Under the pieces are notes generated by a model. The model saw only the letters and a program-made list of their open reading frames with translations. It was not told where the DNA came from and made no database searches. From the IMG/VR virus record IMGVR_UViG_3300032893_000055, positions 1 to 56,680 of that record: 56,680 nt of DNA. The stretch is one strand, 5' to 3'. Numbering within the stretch: position 1 is the first letter of the stretch; the number at the start of each line of letters is the position of its first letter. The stretch comes from a virus. Lineage: Duplodnaviria; Caudoviricetes. Positions 1-9,861 of the stretch are shown piece by piece. The position numbers and the translations under genes were made by a program.

Positions 1-291
1 AAGGATATAAGTAATAACGAATTAAAACAAGCTGCTAATGCTGCTTATGCTACTGGTTATGCTGCTGCTAGTTATGCTGCTGCTAGTTATGCTGCTGCTA
101 ATGCTGCTAATGCTGCTAATGCTGCTAATGCTGCTAGTTATGCTGCTAATGCTGCTGCTGATGCTGCTAATGCTGCTGATGCTAATAAAAGTTATAAAAC
201 TGGTATTAAACATTGTTACGATTTGTTAATAAACATGATTACTGAAATGTCTGAACTCGAAAAATTATTACTAAACATAAAGGTGAGTTAA
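1..291 (+). CDS. 3' part of Imm-5-like Ala-tract family protein, copy A (gene spans the window junction)
   Basis: Frame 1 reads KDISNNELKQAANAAYATGY...ANKSYKTGIKHCYDLLINMITEMSELEKLLLNIKVS* (TAA 289-291); nt 1-85 are identical to the reverse complement of 27811-27895. Not in the ORF track because its start is at 56571. Confidence 0.9.
   Translation, partial: KDISNNELKQAANAAYATGYAAASYAAASYAAANAANAANAANAASYAANAAADAANAADANKSYKTGIKHCYDLLINMITEMSELEKLLLNIKVS
31..186 (+). repeat. Low-complexity GCT-based tract (52 NNT codons) in copy A
   Basis: Codons GCT/AAT/TAT/AGT/GAT/GGT/ACT only. Confidence 0.95.
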
Positions 292-689
292 GGAATAAAA
301 AATCGTTTACCGCTTTTAGGCGGAACACATTGATAATGTACCCAGCCGGGAGTATGACTTAGGTCTTCGCACCACAACCCAATATCTTTTAAAACTTCAA
401 CGTTAGCGAATGTCCATTTACCAAGTTCACCTGTTTTGTCTAAAATATCGACAGCCTGCCCGGTAAGATGTTTAGATTTAGGAGCATTGCTTTTGCCTTC
501 TGCTATTAATTGAGTTTGTTGTTCTTGAGACCGTAACCCGCTAGTAATCTGCATGGGTTTACCGTACACACTTCGTAACTGATTCATACGATCGTGTAAT
601 TCATCTAGGTTAGCGGCTATTTCTGGAGTCGTAGGATACTCATGAGGGTTAAATTCTTTAGGATCAAAGTAATTGATAGGTTGGTTCAT
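288..689 (-). CDS. Endolysin, peptidase M15-type Zn peptidase
   Basis: ITSGLRS, SKHLTGQAVDI and WVH motifs of the M15 family; last gene of the late block. Confidence 0.85.
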   Translation of the reverse strand: MNQPINYFDPKEFNPHEYPTTPEIAANLDELHDRMNQLRSVYGKPMQITSGLRSQEQQTQLIAEGKSNAPKSKHLTGQAVDILDKTGELGKWTFANVEVLKDIGLWCEDLSHTPGWVHYQCVPPKSGKRFFIP

Positions 690-916
690 CGGAGTATATG
701 ACTAATACTTTCTATTATAGCTACTATAACGGCCATTAATCCTATGAATTTCATTATACCATGCACCATTACGACATGATTTTCAATAGGTTGTAATTTT
801 TCTTCTAACAAATCGCTACGTTTAATATGGATTTTAAGTTGTTCGTTATAAACAGCTAAATGAGTTTTGATTTCAGATATGTCTTGTTTTATTTCATCTA
901 TCTTCTTGTCTAGCAT
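686..916 (-). CDS. Small coiled-coil protein with C-terminal TM helix (holin/antiholin-like)
   Basis: Heptad-rich N-terminus, hydrophobic FIGLMAVIVAII, adjacent to endolysin. Confidence 0.5.
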   Translation of the reverse strand: MLDKKIDEIKQDISEIKTHLAVYNEQLKIHIKRSDLLEEKLQPIENHVVMVHGIMKFIGLMAVIVAIIESISHILR

Positions 917-1106
917 TTTTAACCTCTACTATTTTTTGTCCCACTTTCCCACCGAATGCTATTACTAACATGCCTATAACTAAGTTGTAGTCTTCGGTTC
1001 CTTTCGTTTCTGCTAAATGACAAGAAACAATACAAACCATTAGGCTCATAAACCTCATCAAACTTACACTACCGCTGTCACTAAGTAATTCTCTAAACCA
1101 TTTCAT
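894..1106 (-). CDS. Putative holin (two TM segments)
   Basis: 70 aa, two hydrophobic segments, charged C-tail, upstream of endolysin. Confidence 0.6.
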   Translation of the reverse strand: MKWFRELLSDSGSVSLMRFMSLMVCIVSCHLAETKGTEDYNLVIGMLVIAFGGKVGQKIVEVKNARQEDR

Positions 1107-1468
1107 ATACTTAAAACGTTCATGTTTACTACTACAGTTGAACTTCCGCCTGAAGATCTTGTATATACAGCGCGGATATATCTAAAACACATGTTACCAA
1201 TAACGATAGCAGGACCTACACCTGACGAAATAGTACTAGTAGCGTTTGGAATATCGTTCCAATTCGTAGGTGTAAAATTGTTTAACAACGCTTGTCCTGA
1301 ACTAGCGGGATTGTCGTTAGAACATTGGATTTTAACAGTTCCGTTAGCCTCAGTATCGCCGAATACTGGGCAGAAACTAGCTGATACTACCTGACCTACG
1401 TCGAATGCCGATCCAGTTTGTGATGATGTGTCTACATCGCTTAGAATTTGTATTTGTGCGTTTCTCAT
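1103..1468 (-). CDS. Small beta-rich virion protein (paralog of 4164-4550)
   Basis: GTVKIQCSND..WNDI..FRYIRAVYT matches GNFELQGSND..WDNL..FAFMRLKYT. Confidence 0.5.
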   Translation of the reverse strand: MRNAQIQILSDVDTSSQTGSAFDVGQVVSASFCPVFGDTEANGTVKIQCSNDNPASSGQALLNNFTPTNWNDIPNATSTISSGVGPAIVIGNMCFRYIRAVYTRSSGGSSTVVVNMNVLSI

Positions 1469-1475
1469 AACATCC

Positions 1476-3299
1476 TTATTTTATATATTTCATTTTTATG
1501 TTTAAAGCTGAAGTTCCTGCAACTGCAGGAGAAATACCGTTTCCTGCGATATGAATAGTACCTCCTCCGCTGTTTGCTGCCTGAATAACCACAGTATAAG
1601 AAGAACTAGCTGTTACATCTAAAAATCCAGAAAAATGTTTCCATCCTGGATAACTTCCAGAATCATTGTTAGCAGTACTTAACACAGTACTTCCGCCAGT
1701 TTCTATTAAACGGTAACTTTCTTGAAAACCTACGTTTCCAAAAACTTGGACATCGAATTCTATTTCTAAAGTTCCAGTTACTGGAGCTGTAAATGTTATT
1801 CCTGGCAAACTAGATGCTGGTAAAGTCGGCGTCGTAAATCCAGTATTATAAATAGTAGTAGGCGAAGGTATAGTACCATTTGCAGTAAAATCAGCGAATG
1901 TTGCACTTACATTACTCCAGTTGTTTGTTACATCAGCCGGGTAATAACCTAAATAAGTTCCATTAGATGCTGGAGCGCTTCCGCCTCCGCCAGTTTGCCA
2001 TGTAGGAGGGCTAGCACCATTAGACGTCAAAACTTGTCCTGAAGTTCCGGCACCAACGTTTACGATTTTAGTTCCATCTGTGTATAATGTTCCACCAGCG
2101 GTAACAGCTAAACTTCCGTTATTAGTACCGCCGTTAGCTATAGGGAGAGTGCCAGTTACGCCCGAAGTTAATGGCAGACCTGTGGCATTCGTTAAAACAG
2201 CAGCCGAAGGAGTTCCTAAAGCGGGAGTAACTAAAGTAGGACTAGTAGCTAACACTACATTACCGGAACCAGTGGTAGAAGCCGCAGTATTAGAAGTAAC
2301 TAGACCTTTAGCATTTGTCGTTACTGTAGAAATAGCGGTTGTACCAGGAGACGCATTAACGGTAGCGAGTGTCGCAGCTACAGACCCGGGACCTGTGGCT
2401 GTCACGTCTCCGGTTAAAGCTGTAATAGCATTATTACCATTTAAATATTTAGCTTGACTAAGGTAAGTAATCGATGGCGTACCTGTGTATGTAGGAGGAA
2501 GACCACTAGCATCAGCTTCCACATTTGCATACCCGCTTCCTGGGTTAGTAAATACTAACGAAGCCCCAAAAGCCACATCATGGATGAATCCTGCGAAATA
2601 AACAGGATTATAAAATCCATTAATAGTCATAGTGCCGCTAGAATATCCACCATTGAACTGGATATAGCTTGCGCCACTTGATCCTGGATCTTCAAAAGTC
2701 GTAGTTCCTAAAAAAGTGGTATCAGCAAAAACAGCATATCCACCATTCGGAGTTTGAAAATCAGAATTTACAAAAACGCTCTGGAAGGCATAAATAGAAG
2801 CAACCCCTGCTCCTTGCTGCTTAAAAGTTGGTCCAGAGAAAAATAGACAATTAGTGAAAGTTATACCAATATTAGAATTGTCATTCCTTACCCAACTAAA
2901 CGCGCCTACAAAAACAATATTCGTAAAAGTGACACTATCGTTTGTAGTTCCTCCTGAAATTGTGAATGAGGGAGTGATTTGGATTTGATAATCACAATAA
3001 AGCGACACGTTGGGTTTTGCGGTAATCGCTGTATCTGTATCGTTGTTACCACCGGATAAATATATTACATAAGGCTGATTTATAGAAGGTGTTATGGAGT
3101 TATATGCATGCTGAAGTGTTTTCCAAGGACGTACTAATGAACCTGTACCGGTTGAATCATCGCCTACTATAAAATCTACATAAACTTTACTAGGTGCATT
3201 CGCTAATGTAGCTTGGGCGTTTCCTGGGCCAGTCGCAGTAACGTCTGTGTTTAATTTACTTATACCTGGGGGTGAACCAAAAGGAGGTAAACTAGCCAT
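1476..3299 (-). CDS. Tail fibre / receptor-binding protein
   Basis: 607 aa, G/S/T-rich; YVD..GDDSTGTGS..PWKTLQ beta-helix-type start; two DVTATGPG motifs; GTLPIANGGT and GTSGQVLTSNG fibre motifs. Confidence 0.7.
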   Translation of the reverse strand: MASLPPFGSPPGISKLNTDVTATGPGNAQATLANAPSKVYVDFIVGDDSTGTGSLVRPWKTLQHAYNSITPSINQPYVIYLSGGNNDTDTAITAKPNVSLYCDYQIQITPSFTISGGTTNDSVTFTNIVFVGAFSWVRNDNSNIGITFTNCLFFSGPTFKQQGAGVASIYAFQSVFVNSDFQTPNGGYAVFADTTFLGTTTFEDPGSSGASYIQFNGGYSSGTMTINGFYNPVYFAGFIHDVAFGASLVFTNPGSGYANVEADASGLPPTYTGTPSITYLSQAKYLNGNNAITALTGDVTATGPGSVAATLATVNASPGTTAISTVTTNAKGLVTSNTAASTTGSGNVVLATSPTLVTPALGTPSAAVLTNATGLPLTSGVTGTLPIANGGTNNGSLAVTAGGTLYTDGTKIVNVGAGTSGQVLTSNGASPPTWQTGGGGSAPASNGTYLGYYPADVTNNWSNVSATFADFTANGTIPSPTTIYNTGFTTPTLPASSLPGITFTAPVTGTLEIEFDVQVFGNVGFQESYRLIETGGSTVLSTANNDSGSYPGWKHFSGFLDVTASSSYTVVIQAANSGGGTIHIAGNGISPAVAGTSALNIKMKYIK

Positions 3300-3300
3300 A

Positions 3301-4164
3301 TTATGATCCTACATAGCATACGCCATCGCCACTATGAGTAGAAATTACGTATACAAGATTAAGGTTATTTACTGCCATACTTGTTGCCTGACCTGGCTGA
3401 AGTTCAAATCCAGTAGAACTCGATACACCGCTTGGGCCTACATAAACGCTGTTTGTATTCGTAGATTTAGCTTGGACTATAACTCCAACCGTTATGGATT
3501 GTGATCCAGAAATAGCTACAGCAGTTCCGGTAGAAGTTTGTTGTCCTGAATAAAACGCAGACGGTAAAGCTGTAGAAGGGAAGTTAGCTACGTTTACCGA
3601 ACCTATATTATTACTTCCAGCAGGTAACGCAGCGTTTATTTGTACGCCATTTGTAGTACCTGGGGTAGTTTGGTCTATACTAACTTGACCGATAATATTA
3701 GAACCAGCAGGAAGTGCTGCGTTAACTTGAACACCGTTAGTCGTGCCAGGTGTAGTTTGATCAATCCCGATTTTACCTAACAAATTAGTACCGGCAGGTA
3801 AAGCAGTGTTAATAGCGTTTATAGAACCTATAGTATTAGTACCGGCGGGTAAAGCATTAGTGATACTACCAACTGACGTTAGACTAGAATCGCTCGACAC
3901 CGATACCCGTTGGGTGCCTGTGCCTGCTGTTCCTGTACCTACGTTTACAGTCTGGCTATTAACTTGAGTAAGGTTAACAGATTGGTTAGTAGGTACGGAT
4001 TGTACCGTTACAGGCAGTGGGTTAGAACCACTTACGCCTTGTAGATTATTGCTGTTATCTATGAATCCTATTTCAGTACTAGAACTAGGTGCAGGTGAAT
4101 TATTAGTACCTACTGAAGGGTTAGCCGACGCTGAAGGATTAGGATAAATAAAAACTTGACTCAT
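3301..4164 (-). CDS. Virion fibre/appendage protein with ALPAG[TS]NxxG repeats
   Basis: Four ALPAG(T/S)N repeats and two IDQTTPGTTNGVQ repeats; tail module. Confidence 0.55.
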   Translation of the reverse strand: MSQVFIYPNPSASANPSVGTNNSPAPSSSTEIGFIDNSNNLQGVSGSNPLPVTVQSVPTNQSVNLTQVNSQTVNVGTGTAGTGTQRVSVSSDSSLTSVGSITNALPAGTNTIGSINAINTALPAGTNLLGKIGIDQTTPGTTNGVQVNAALPAGSNIIGQVSIDQTTPGTTNGVQINAALPAGSNNIGSVNVANFPSTALPSAFYSGQQTSTGTAVAISGSQSITVGVIVQAKSTNTNSVYVGPSGVSSSTGFELQPGQATSMAVNNLNLVYVISTHSGDGVCYVGS

Positions 4165-4550
4165 TATGCACCAACCGATCTAGCCATAAGAACGATAGTA
4201 CAAGTACCTGTGCCGGCTATACTCGAAGTATATTTTAAACGCATAAACGCAAAAGGAAACTGATTAATGTTAACAGAAATAGTGTCGTTAGCTGCTGCCA
4301 CACTACCGCAGGCTAACAAATTGTCCCAATGAGACTGGTCGTTAGACCCTTGTAATTCGAAATTACCTGTGGAATCTGAAGTAGTTACAACGATTTGGTA
4401 ACTAAGATTATCAAAAAACTTAACACTAGTAGGTAAAATCGTAAATGATGCACTTAAACTTTGAGAAGGAGGAGGAAGATTAGGCGAGTTTAAAGGCGAA
4501 GTTTGCGTAGAAGTGATGTATATTGGTTCTAATACGTATTTACGGCTCAT
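4164..4550 (-). CDS. Small beta-rich virion protein (paralog of 1103-1468)
   Basis: Shared motifs with 1103-1468; AAGGA RBS. Confidence 0.5.
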   Translation of the reverse strand: MSRKYVLEPIYITSTQTSPLNSPNLPPPSQSLSASFTILPTSVKFFDNLSYQIVVTTSDSTGNFELQGSNDQSHWDNLLACGSVAAANDTISVNINQFPFAFMRLKYTSSIAGTGTCTIVLMARSVGA

Positions 4551-4600
4551 GTTAGTCCTTTGTAGAGGTTAAGGCATGATTGGCCAACTATAATAGTCAT

Positions 4601-7345
4601 TTAGTCCCTTCCGGATCTATCAGCTTCAGCTGATTGAGTAGTTGTCATAAACGATTTATTCATTTTCCCTAATGTTGTCGTACCTCTACGTACTGGAGCT
4701 TGCGGCTGAGGTTGTGGTGCGGGTTTAGGCATTGGCTGAGCGGCCATTATGCTTTGAGGCTGCATAGTTACATCCATAGGCTGTCCTAAAAACAAACTAA
4801 TACTCATACGAGTTTTATAAGGGATTAAGTATTCATCACCATGCCTAGAAATCATTTCATTGGTTATACGATTAACCATTGTTTTATATAATTCTGGATA
4901 CATACCGTTTAAATCTTGTATGTCAGAAGCCTGAAGCGTACCGGATTTAATGCGTTGGAGGACTCCTAGAGGGTTGTTAGCTATGCCTAATGCTCTTTGA
5001 TACCTGGCTTCTTGGGCAGGTGACACAGGCATAGGTTTGTCTAAAGGTCCTAACGATTGTTCTTGTGGTTTAACAGTTTTTAAATAATTTACAGCTCTAA
5101 CCATTGTAGAACTTAAAGCGGTTTGATGATCAGGGAAGTAATGCCCTAGGTCACCTTGTTTAGAAATAAGTATGTTAGGGTTTTCGTCTGATTTTTCGAC
5201 AATTTTATCAAGTTTTTCATTGTCTTTCATGTTAGACAATTCTTCACTAGTGAAAATTTGAGCACTTGGTTTGAAAATAGCTTTAGTACTTCTAGCTAAT
5301 GTTTTTTGAGCTTGTAAAGCGGAATGAAGGTAGTCTATACCGGCTTTCATGGCTCCGGCTTCCAAAGGCTTGTCAGACGCTAAAAATTTAAGATATCCGA
5401 GCTTAATAGCCTCTGGGGCTTGTCTACTCAACCGGTTGGCTAGTTCACCTACCAAAAACCCTGAAATTGGATTATGACCCATTACGAAGGATACAGCGGC
5501 CATGGCGTTAGCTGGCATGTGTTTATATAGTTTAGTCATCCAACCTGCTGTACCTGAAGACTTGGGATTAGGAATAGCTTGCATGAGTCTGTCAGCAGCA
5601 AATGTTTTTTCTAACGCTCCTTGCGGCATAATAGACTTAATGTATTCTTCTTTACCGGATAAATTGGTAGCCAAGATTTTATTAAGCTTACTTACGTTTA
5701 TAGGTTGTTCGTCTTTGGCTGCTAACACGGCTGGGGATATAAGTTTTTTAAGTTCAGCAGCTTTAACAGCTTCTAAAGTCTCAGGAAAGTTTTTTTCTAG
5801 AAACGGTATGAAGTCAGCGTTATTACGAATAGAAAACTTACTTAATAGTTTCTCAGGTGTAATATCGTCAGTTAGTTTACGTTTAAGACTTCCGGCTCCG
5901 TAAAAATCGCCTATATTCAAATGGTTAGTAAGTTCGTCAGACATTTTAGCGAATTCAGCATATTTTTGATTAATAGCGTTTCGTTCAGCTAAAGTCATAC
6001 TAGCTCTAGCGCCTTCAGGAAGACCTAAATCGCTAAGTTCAGTAGGCAGACTATAAGCTTTAGATATTTGAGCTTCTTGGAAGTCGTGAATACTTGATTT
6101 TATTGCAGTTAATGCGTTTTTAGTATTATAATCAGTACCAGGGCCAATCATGCCTTTTAGCCGATTATTAATCTCGGTTTTAATTTTGTCCATTGCACCA
6201 ATGGATTCAGCGTCTAATAATCTTTGGCCGTAGTCTTCGTATAGTTTGTAATACGGGGTGTTAACACTATAATCTTTCATTCCTTGTTCGACTAATTGAC
6301 CGTATTGGTCTAATCTAGCATCGTCTGAAACTTTAATACCGGCAGCTTCGGTGTTCCTGCGTTGTAACGCGTCAGCGATAGGCTCGTATTTCTCGTTGTA
6401 TTCACGTTTAAACGTATCTAAAAGGTCTCTACCGGCTTCAGCTTCAGACCTTACAGCGATGTCTTCAGGCGATACTTTTAAACTATCCATTACAGATTGA
6501 CTGATTTTATCGTGTAAATCTTTTATACCATTAAGGATTTCTGGGCGTTGAGCTTCTTTAAGTTCACTCCATATAGCTTGAGCTTTAGGATCACCAGACA
6601 TCGCTGCACGCATTAACGCATCAGGCTGAACACCTAACGTACTAGCAGCTTCCTCTAATCCTGGGGCCATAACAAGCTTACTACCGCCGTTTAAATGGTT
6701 TTTAAGAGTTCCTAAGAATTCTTCTACTGCTGGACCTGCTGTCGCTTTCCATATAGGGCTTACAACGCCTGTGACTAACGCACCTGCGCCAGCTCCGAAC
6801 AAAGCTGACAACCCTACGTTAGCGATTGCGGATTGTGCTGAACTATCAGGATCGTTTAGAATCATTTTACTGGCTTCGTCGCCTGATTGTAGTACAGCCA
6901 TTTCAGCAGCTTGTTTGATCGCTTCGGAACCAATTTTAGCGCCTACAGAAGCCGCTTCGCCTGCTCGCATTAATCCTGACGCTGCTGCTGCGGCTTCACC
7001 GGCTTTAGCCATAACAGCCGCTTCACCAGTGCCTGTGAATATTCCTCCGCCTAATCCTACAACTTCACCTGCGCCGTGAATAATAGGGTTAACCGATTCA
7101 CGACCGCGTATAGCTTCTTCAGGGACTTTTAAAACATATTTTTCAGCTGCTGTAGCCAAAGGACCTGCGAAACCTTTAGCAACGCCTTCTAGCGCTGTTA
7201 TAGCTTGTTGCCCAGGCGTGCCGTAAGCTTGTTCTTGGGTTTGGAACTGATCACTAGGTATAGCACCTTCAGGAAGTGAGTCAGTAGACTGAGATTCCAT
7301 CGGCTGAAATTCTTCGGCTGGAATACTTCCTTGAGGGATATCCAT
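4601..7345 (-). CDS. Large internal virion (ejection) protein
   Basis: 914 aa, helical, Ala/Gly-rich hydrophobic segments; third of three large genes after the nozzle, as in podovirus ejection modules. Confidence 0.6.
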   Translation of the reverse strand: MDIPQGSIPAEEFQPMESQSTDSLPEGAIPSDQFQTQEQAYGTPGQQAITALEGVAKGFAGPLATAAEKYVLKVPEEAIRGRESVNPIIHGAGEVVGLGGGIFTGTGEAAVMAKAGEAAAAASGLMRAGEAASVGAKIGSEAIKQAAEMAVLQSGDEASKMILNDPDSSAQSAIANVGLSALFGAGAGALVTGVVSPIWKATAGPAVEEFLGTLKNHLNGGSKLVMAPGLEEAASTLGVQPDALMRAAMSGDPKAQAIWSELKEAQRPEILNGIKDLHDKISQSVMDSLKVSPEDIAVRSEAEAGRDLLDTFKREYNEKYEPIADALQRRNTEAAGIKVSDDARLDQYGQLVEQGMKDYSVNTPYYKLYEDYGQRLLDAESIGAMDKIKTEINNRLKGMIGPGTDYNTKNALTAIKSSIHDFQEAQISKAYSLPTELSDLGLPEGARASMTLAERNAINQKYAEFAKMSDELTNHLNIGDFYGAGSLKRKLTDDITPEKLLSKFSIRNNADFIPFLEKNFPETLEAVKAAELKKLISPAVLAAKDEQPINVSKLNKILATNLSGKEEYIKSIMPQGALEKTFAADRLMQAIPNPKSSGTAGWMTKLYKHMPANAMAAVSFVMGHNPISGFLVGELANRLSRQAPEAIKLGYLKFLASDKPLEAGAMKAGIDYLHSALQAQKTLARSTKAIFKPSAQIFTSEELSNMKDNEKLDKIVEKSDENPNILISKQGDLGHYFPDHQTALSSTMVRAVNYLKTVKPQEQSLGPLDKPMPVSPAQEARYQRALGIANNPLGVLQRIKSGTLQASDIQDLNGMYPELYKTMVNRITNEMISRHGDEYLIPYKTRMSISLFLGQPMDVTMQPQSIMAAQPMPKPAPQPQPQAPVRRGTTTLGKMNKSFMTTTQSAEADRSGRD

Positions 7346-9861
7346 TATTTTCCTTGTATTGGCACCATGTAGGATTTACCGTTAATAATTTGTGGAACGT
7401 ATTTACGTCCATCACGGCCTACGACTGGTTCCTGTGATTGTCCTTGTTGTTGAACTGGAAGCCCATAACTTTGTTTTAATGTGTTTAATCCTCGTTGATT
7501 AGCGTCTACGGCTTCGTTTAATTTAGGTAATACTCGGATTGAGTTAAAAAACTTAGTAGGTTTACTGTCAATAATTTGATCAATAAACTCTTGCTCGCCT
7601 TTTTTAAACACACCGCCATTAATTGCGTCTCTGTATAAGTTTTGTACGTTCATAGCTTTCGCCATACCAATGTTTATTTGAGACGGCGACAAGCTACCAG
7701 AATGCTGCGAACTCCAAGATCTTAGGTCTTGTAAAGCTGTGTCTAGGTTTTTATGTGCATTGAATTGAGACATTACATCGTTAGAAATAGGACGTTGAGC
7801 TAATCCTATACCAGGTACGAATCGTTCTCTAAGCATTTTACCTTGTTCAGGGTTAACTTGCTCGATATAACTAAGTGTATGGGCCATTACGTTAGGGTCC
7901 ATGTTGTTCATGCCGGACGACAAATTAGTAATAGCTCTGCGGATGGCGAATTGCTGGAATATAGGAGCATAAGTTTGTTCTAACTGCGATTTAGCTTGTA
8001 ATGCTGCTGCTTTAGCCATTGGAGTTGTAGCTTTAGCGGCTTCCATACCGAGTTTGTTTTGAAGAATGTCAGCTTGCATGATTCTAGTCATGTCTTGAGC
8101 ATCACGAAGATTCTGAAACTGGCGTAAATTAAATCCTAAAAGGTTTTCTTTAGCGCCTAGGTTAGCTTTTTGAGATTCTAGATTCATTTCCATTTGATTT
8201 TTTAAGAAGTCTACGGCAGCGTTAGGTCTAGAAGTAGGGTTGAATCCTGCTAAAATCATACCTAACCCAGCGGCTATTTTACTGTGTTTATCCCAATATT
8301 TATCAGGGTCAATATAACCGTTTTGAATATCGTGAATATGGTTTTGTCGTTCTTGGTTTAAACTTTGTAATTCAGTTTGATATTGAGCAGCCATCATTTG
8401 ACGGGCTTGAACTTGGTCTGCGTAATCTTTAGCTTGAGCTTGTCCCAACTGAGACTGAGCTTGTTGCTGAGCTTCAATACCACGGAATCCAGACTCGAAG
8501 CCAGCTTGTGCCAAGTTCTCAGGATTAGTAGAAGGCATTTCAGCAGGAAGCCCTGAAACAGGCTTTTTAGCATTAGCGTCAGGAACAGGCGCTTGGGCGC
8601 TGCCATTAAAAATATCTTTGATGTCTTGGTCTGGGATTCTAGGAGCTAATCCAGCTTCGGCTCTAGCAGCTTCACCTTGCTGGAAGTCTGCTGCGCGTTG
8701 AAGTTTGTCAGCTTGGATGTTAGAAGAATTTTTATCAACTAAAGTTTTAGCTTGTTCCCATATATTAGGATTAAAGTTTTTAGGAGGCATACCGGTTTTA
8801 GGGTCAAAAAACCCTTCAGGAGCGTTAACCATACCGGCAGACATGGGTTTGTTACCGTTAACTAGTTGATTATACTGATCTCTGATGGCTTGTTCTTGTG
8901 GTGAAACTTGCGCGGGTGAGCTTAAGCCTTTATTAAACTCAGACAATCGTTGTTCGTACGCACTACGATCCATTTTTTCTGTATCAGATTGAGCTTGTTC
9001 TTGCTGAGCTTGGGCTGCATCTTCTTTAGCTTTTTCGGCTTGCCATCGGAGTGTTTCAGCCTGAGCAGGTGATTGTGACATAGTAGGAGCTTCAGGCGCT
9101 GAATCAGTTTGAGACACTTCTTCGTCTGGATCAGCATACATTTTACGAGGTTTGTCGACCTGGATTACTGCGCCATGAGGATTCATACCCATTTGTTTAC
9201 GTTGTTTAGCTTCTTTCAAGCCTTCAGCTGAAGATTCTGATTTGATTTGGCTTAAATATTTAGGTTCTTTTTCTTCGATTTTACCGCCTTCAGCATAACA
9301 TTCACCGCCATGGGCCATTCCGCCGCAATACGCACAATATTTAGCGACTTTACCACCTTCGGCCATACCGCCTGTAGTAGTCATACCGTGAGTAATAGCC
9401 AAGCCTTGCCCAGGTGTAAACCCGTCTGGAGTTTGAGCCATAGGCTGAGGAGTTTCATAAGCTTTAGCAGCTCTAGACTGAGCAGCAAGATCGGCTTGAG
9501 ATTGTTGAGATTGCTGAATTTGTTGAGTTTGCTGCTCAATAGATTTAGGAGGCATTTCTTTATTGTTTATATACACTTTACCGTTTTTAACGGTAGCGAA
9601 CGGATTACTAGCATAAGCTGAGTATTCGGGAGGAAATGCAGTACCGCCGTTAGCCATTTTCTGTACTTCTTCTTGTTTTTGTACTGGAGTTTCGTCTAGT
9701 TTTGAGACTTTTGACAAGGCTTCTAACTGTGTTCGGTATTGAGGCGATAAAGCTGTATGAGCTAACGTAAGTTCATGACCATCTTTATGGCGTAAAGTAG
9801 TAGACTTATCGTCTGATTTCACATGTTTAAAGCTGCTTAAATCAAGTTTAACTTTAGACAT
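7345..9861 (-). CDS. Internal virion (ejection) protein with N-terminal AxGG repeats
   Basis: 838 aa, Q/A-rich; MANGG, MAEGG, MAHGG, YAEGG motifs. Confidence 0.6.
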   Translation of the reverse strand: MSKVKLDLSSFKHVKSDDKSTTLRHKDGHELTLAHTALSPQYRTQLEALSKVSKLDETPVQKQEEVQKMANGGTAFPPEYSAYASNPFATVKNGKVYINNKEMPPKSIEQQTQQIQQSQQSQADLAAQSRAAKAYETPQPMAQTPDGFTPGQGLAITHGMTTTGGMAEGGKVAKYCAYCGGMAHGGECYAEGGKIEEKEPKYLSQIKSESSAEGLKEAKQRKQMGMNPHGAVIQVDKPRKMYADPDEEVSQTDSAPEAPTMSQSPAQAETLRWQAEKAKEDAAQAQQEQAQSDTEKMDRSAYEQRLSEFNKGLSSPAQVSPQEQAIRDQYNQLVNGNKPMSAGMVNAPEGFFDPKTGMPPKNFNPNIWEQAKTLVDKNSSNIQADKLQRAADFQQGEAARAEAGLAPRIPDQDIKDIFNGSAQAPVPDANAKKPVSGLPAEMPSTNPENLAQAGFESGFRGIEAQQQAQSQLGQAQAKDYADQVQARQMMAAQYQTELQSLNQERQNHIHDIQNGYIDPDKYWDKHSKIAAGLGMILAGFNPTSRPNAAVDFLKNQMEMNLESQKANLGAKENLLGFNLRQFQNLRDAQDMTRIMQADILQNKLGMEAAKATTPMAKAAALQAKSQLEQTYAPIFQQFAIRRAITNLSSGMNNMDPNVMAHTLSYIEQVNPEQGKMLRERFVPGIGLAQRPISNDVMSQFNAHKNLDTALQDLRSWSSQHSGSLSPSQINIGMAKAMNVQNLYRDAINGGVFKKGEQEFIDQIIDSKPTKFFNSIRVLPKLNEAVDANQRGLNTLKQSYGLPVQQQGQSQEPVVGRDGRKYVPQIINGKSYMVPIQGK

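Noticed and set aside
31-186. CRISPR array or fixed-unit tandem repeat
   Set aside because: No constant repeat with unique spacers; it is a degenerate trinucleotide tract inside a CDS.
22-229. ORFs reading MLLMLL.. and ISSISS.. (also 21130-21328 and 27658-27874)
   Set aside because: Alternate-frame and antisense shadows of the GCT-based tracts; the Ala frame is the one continuous with the conserved flanks.
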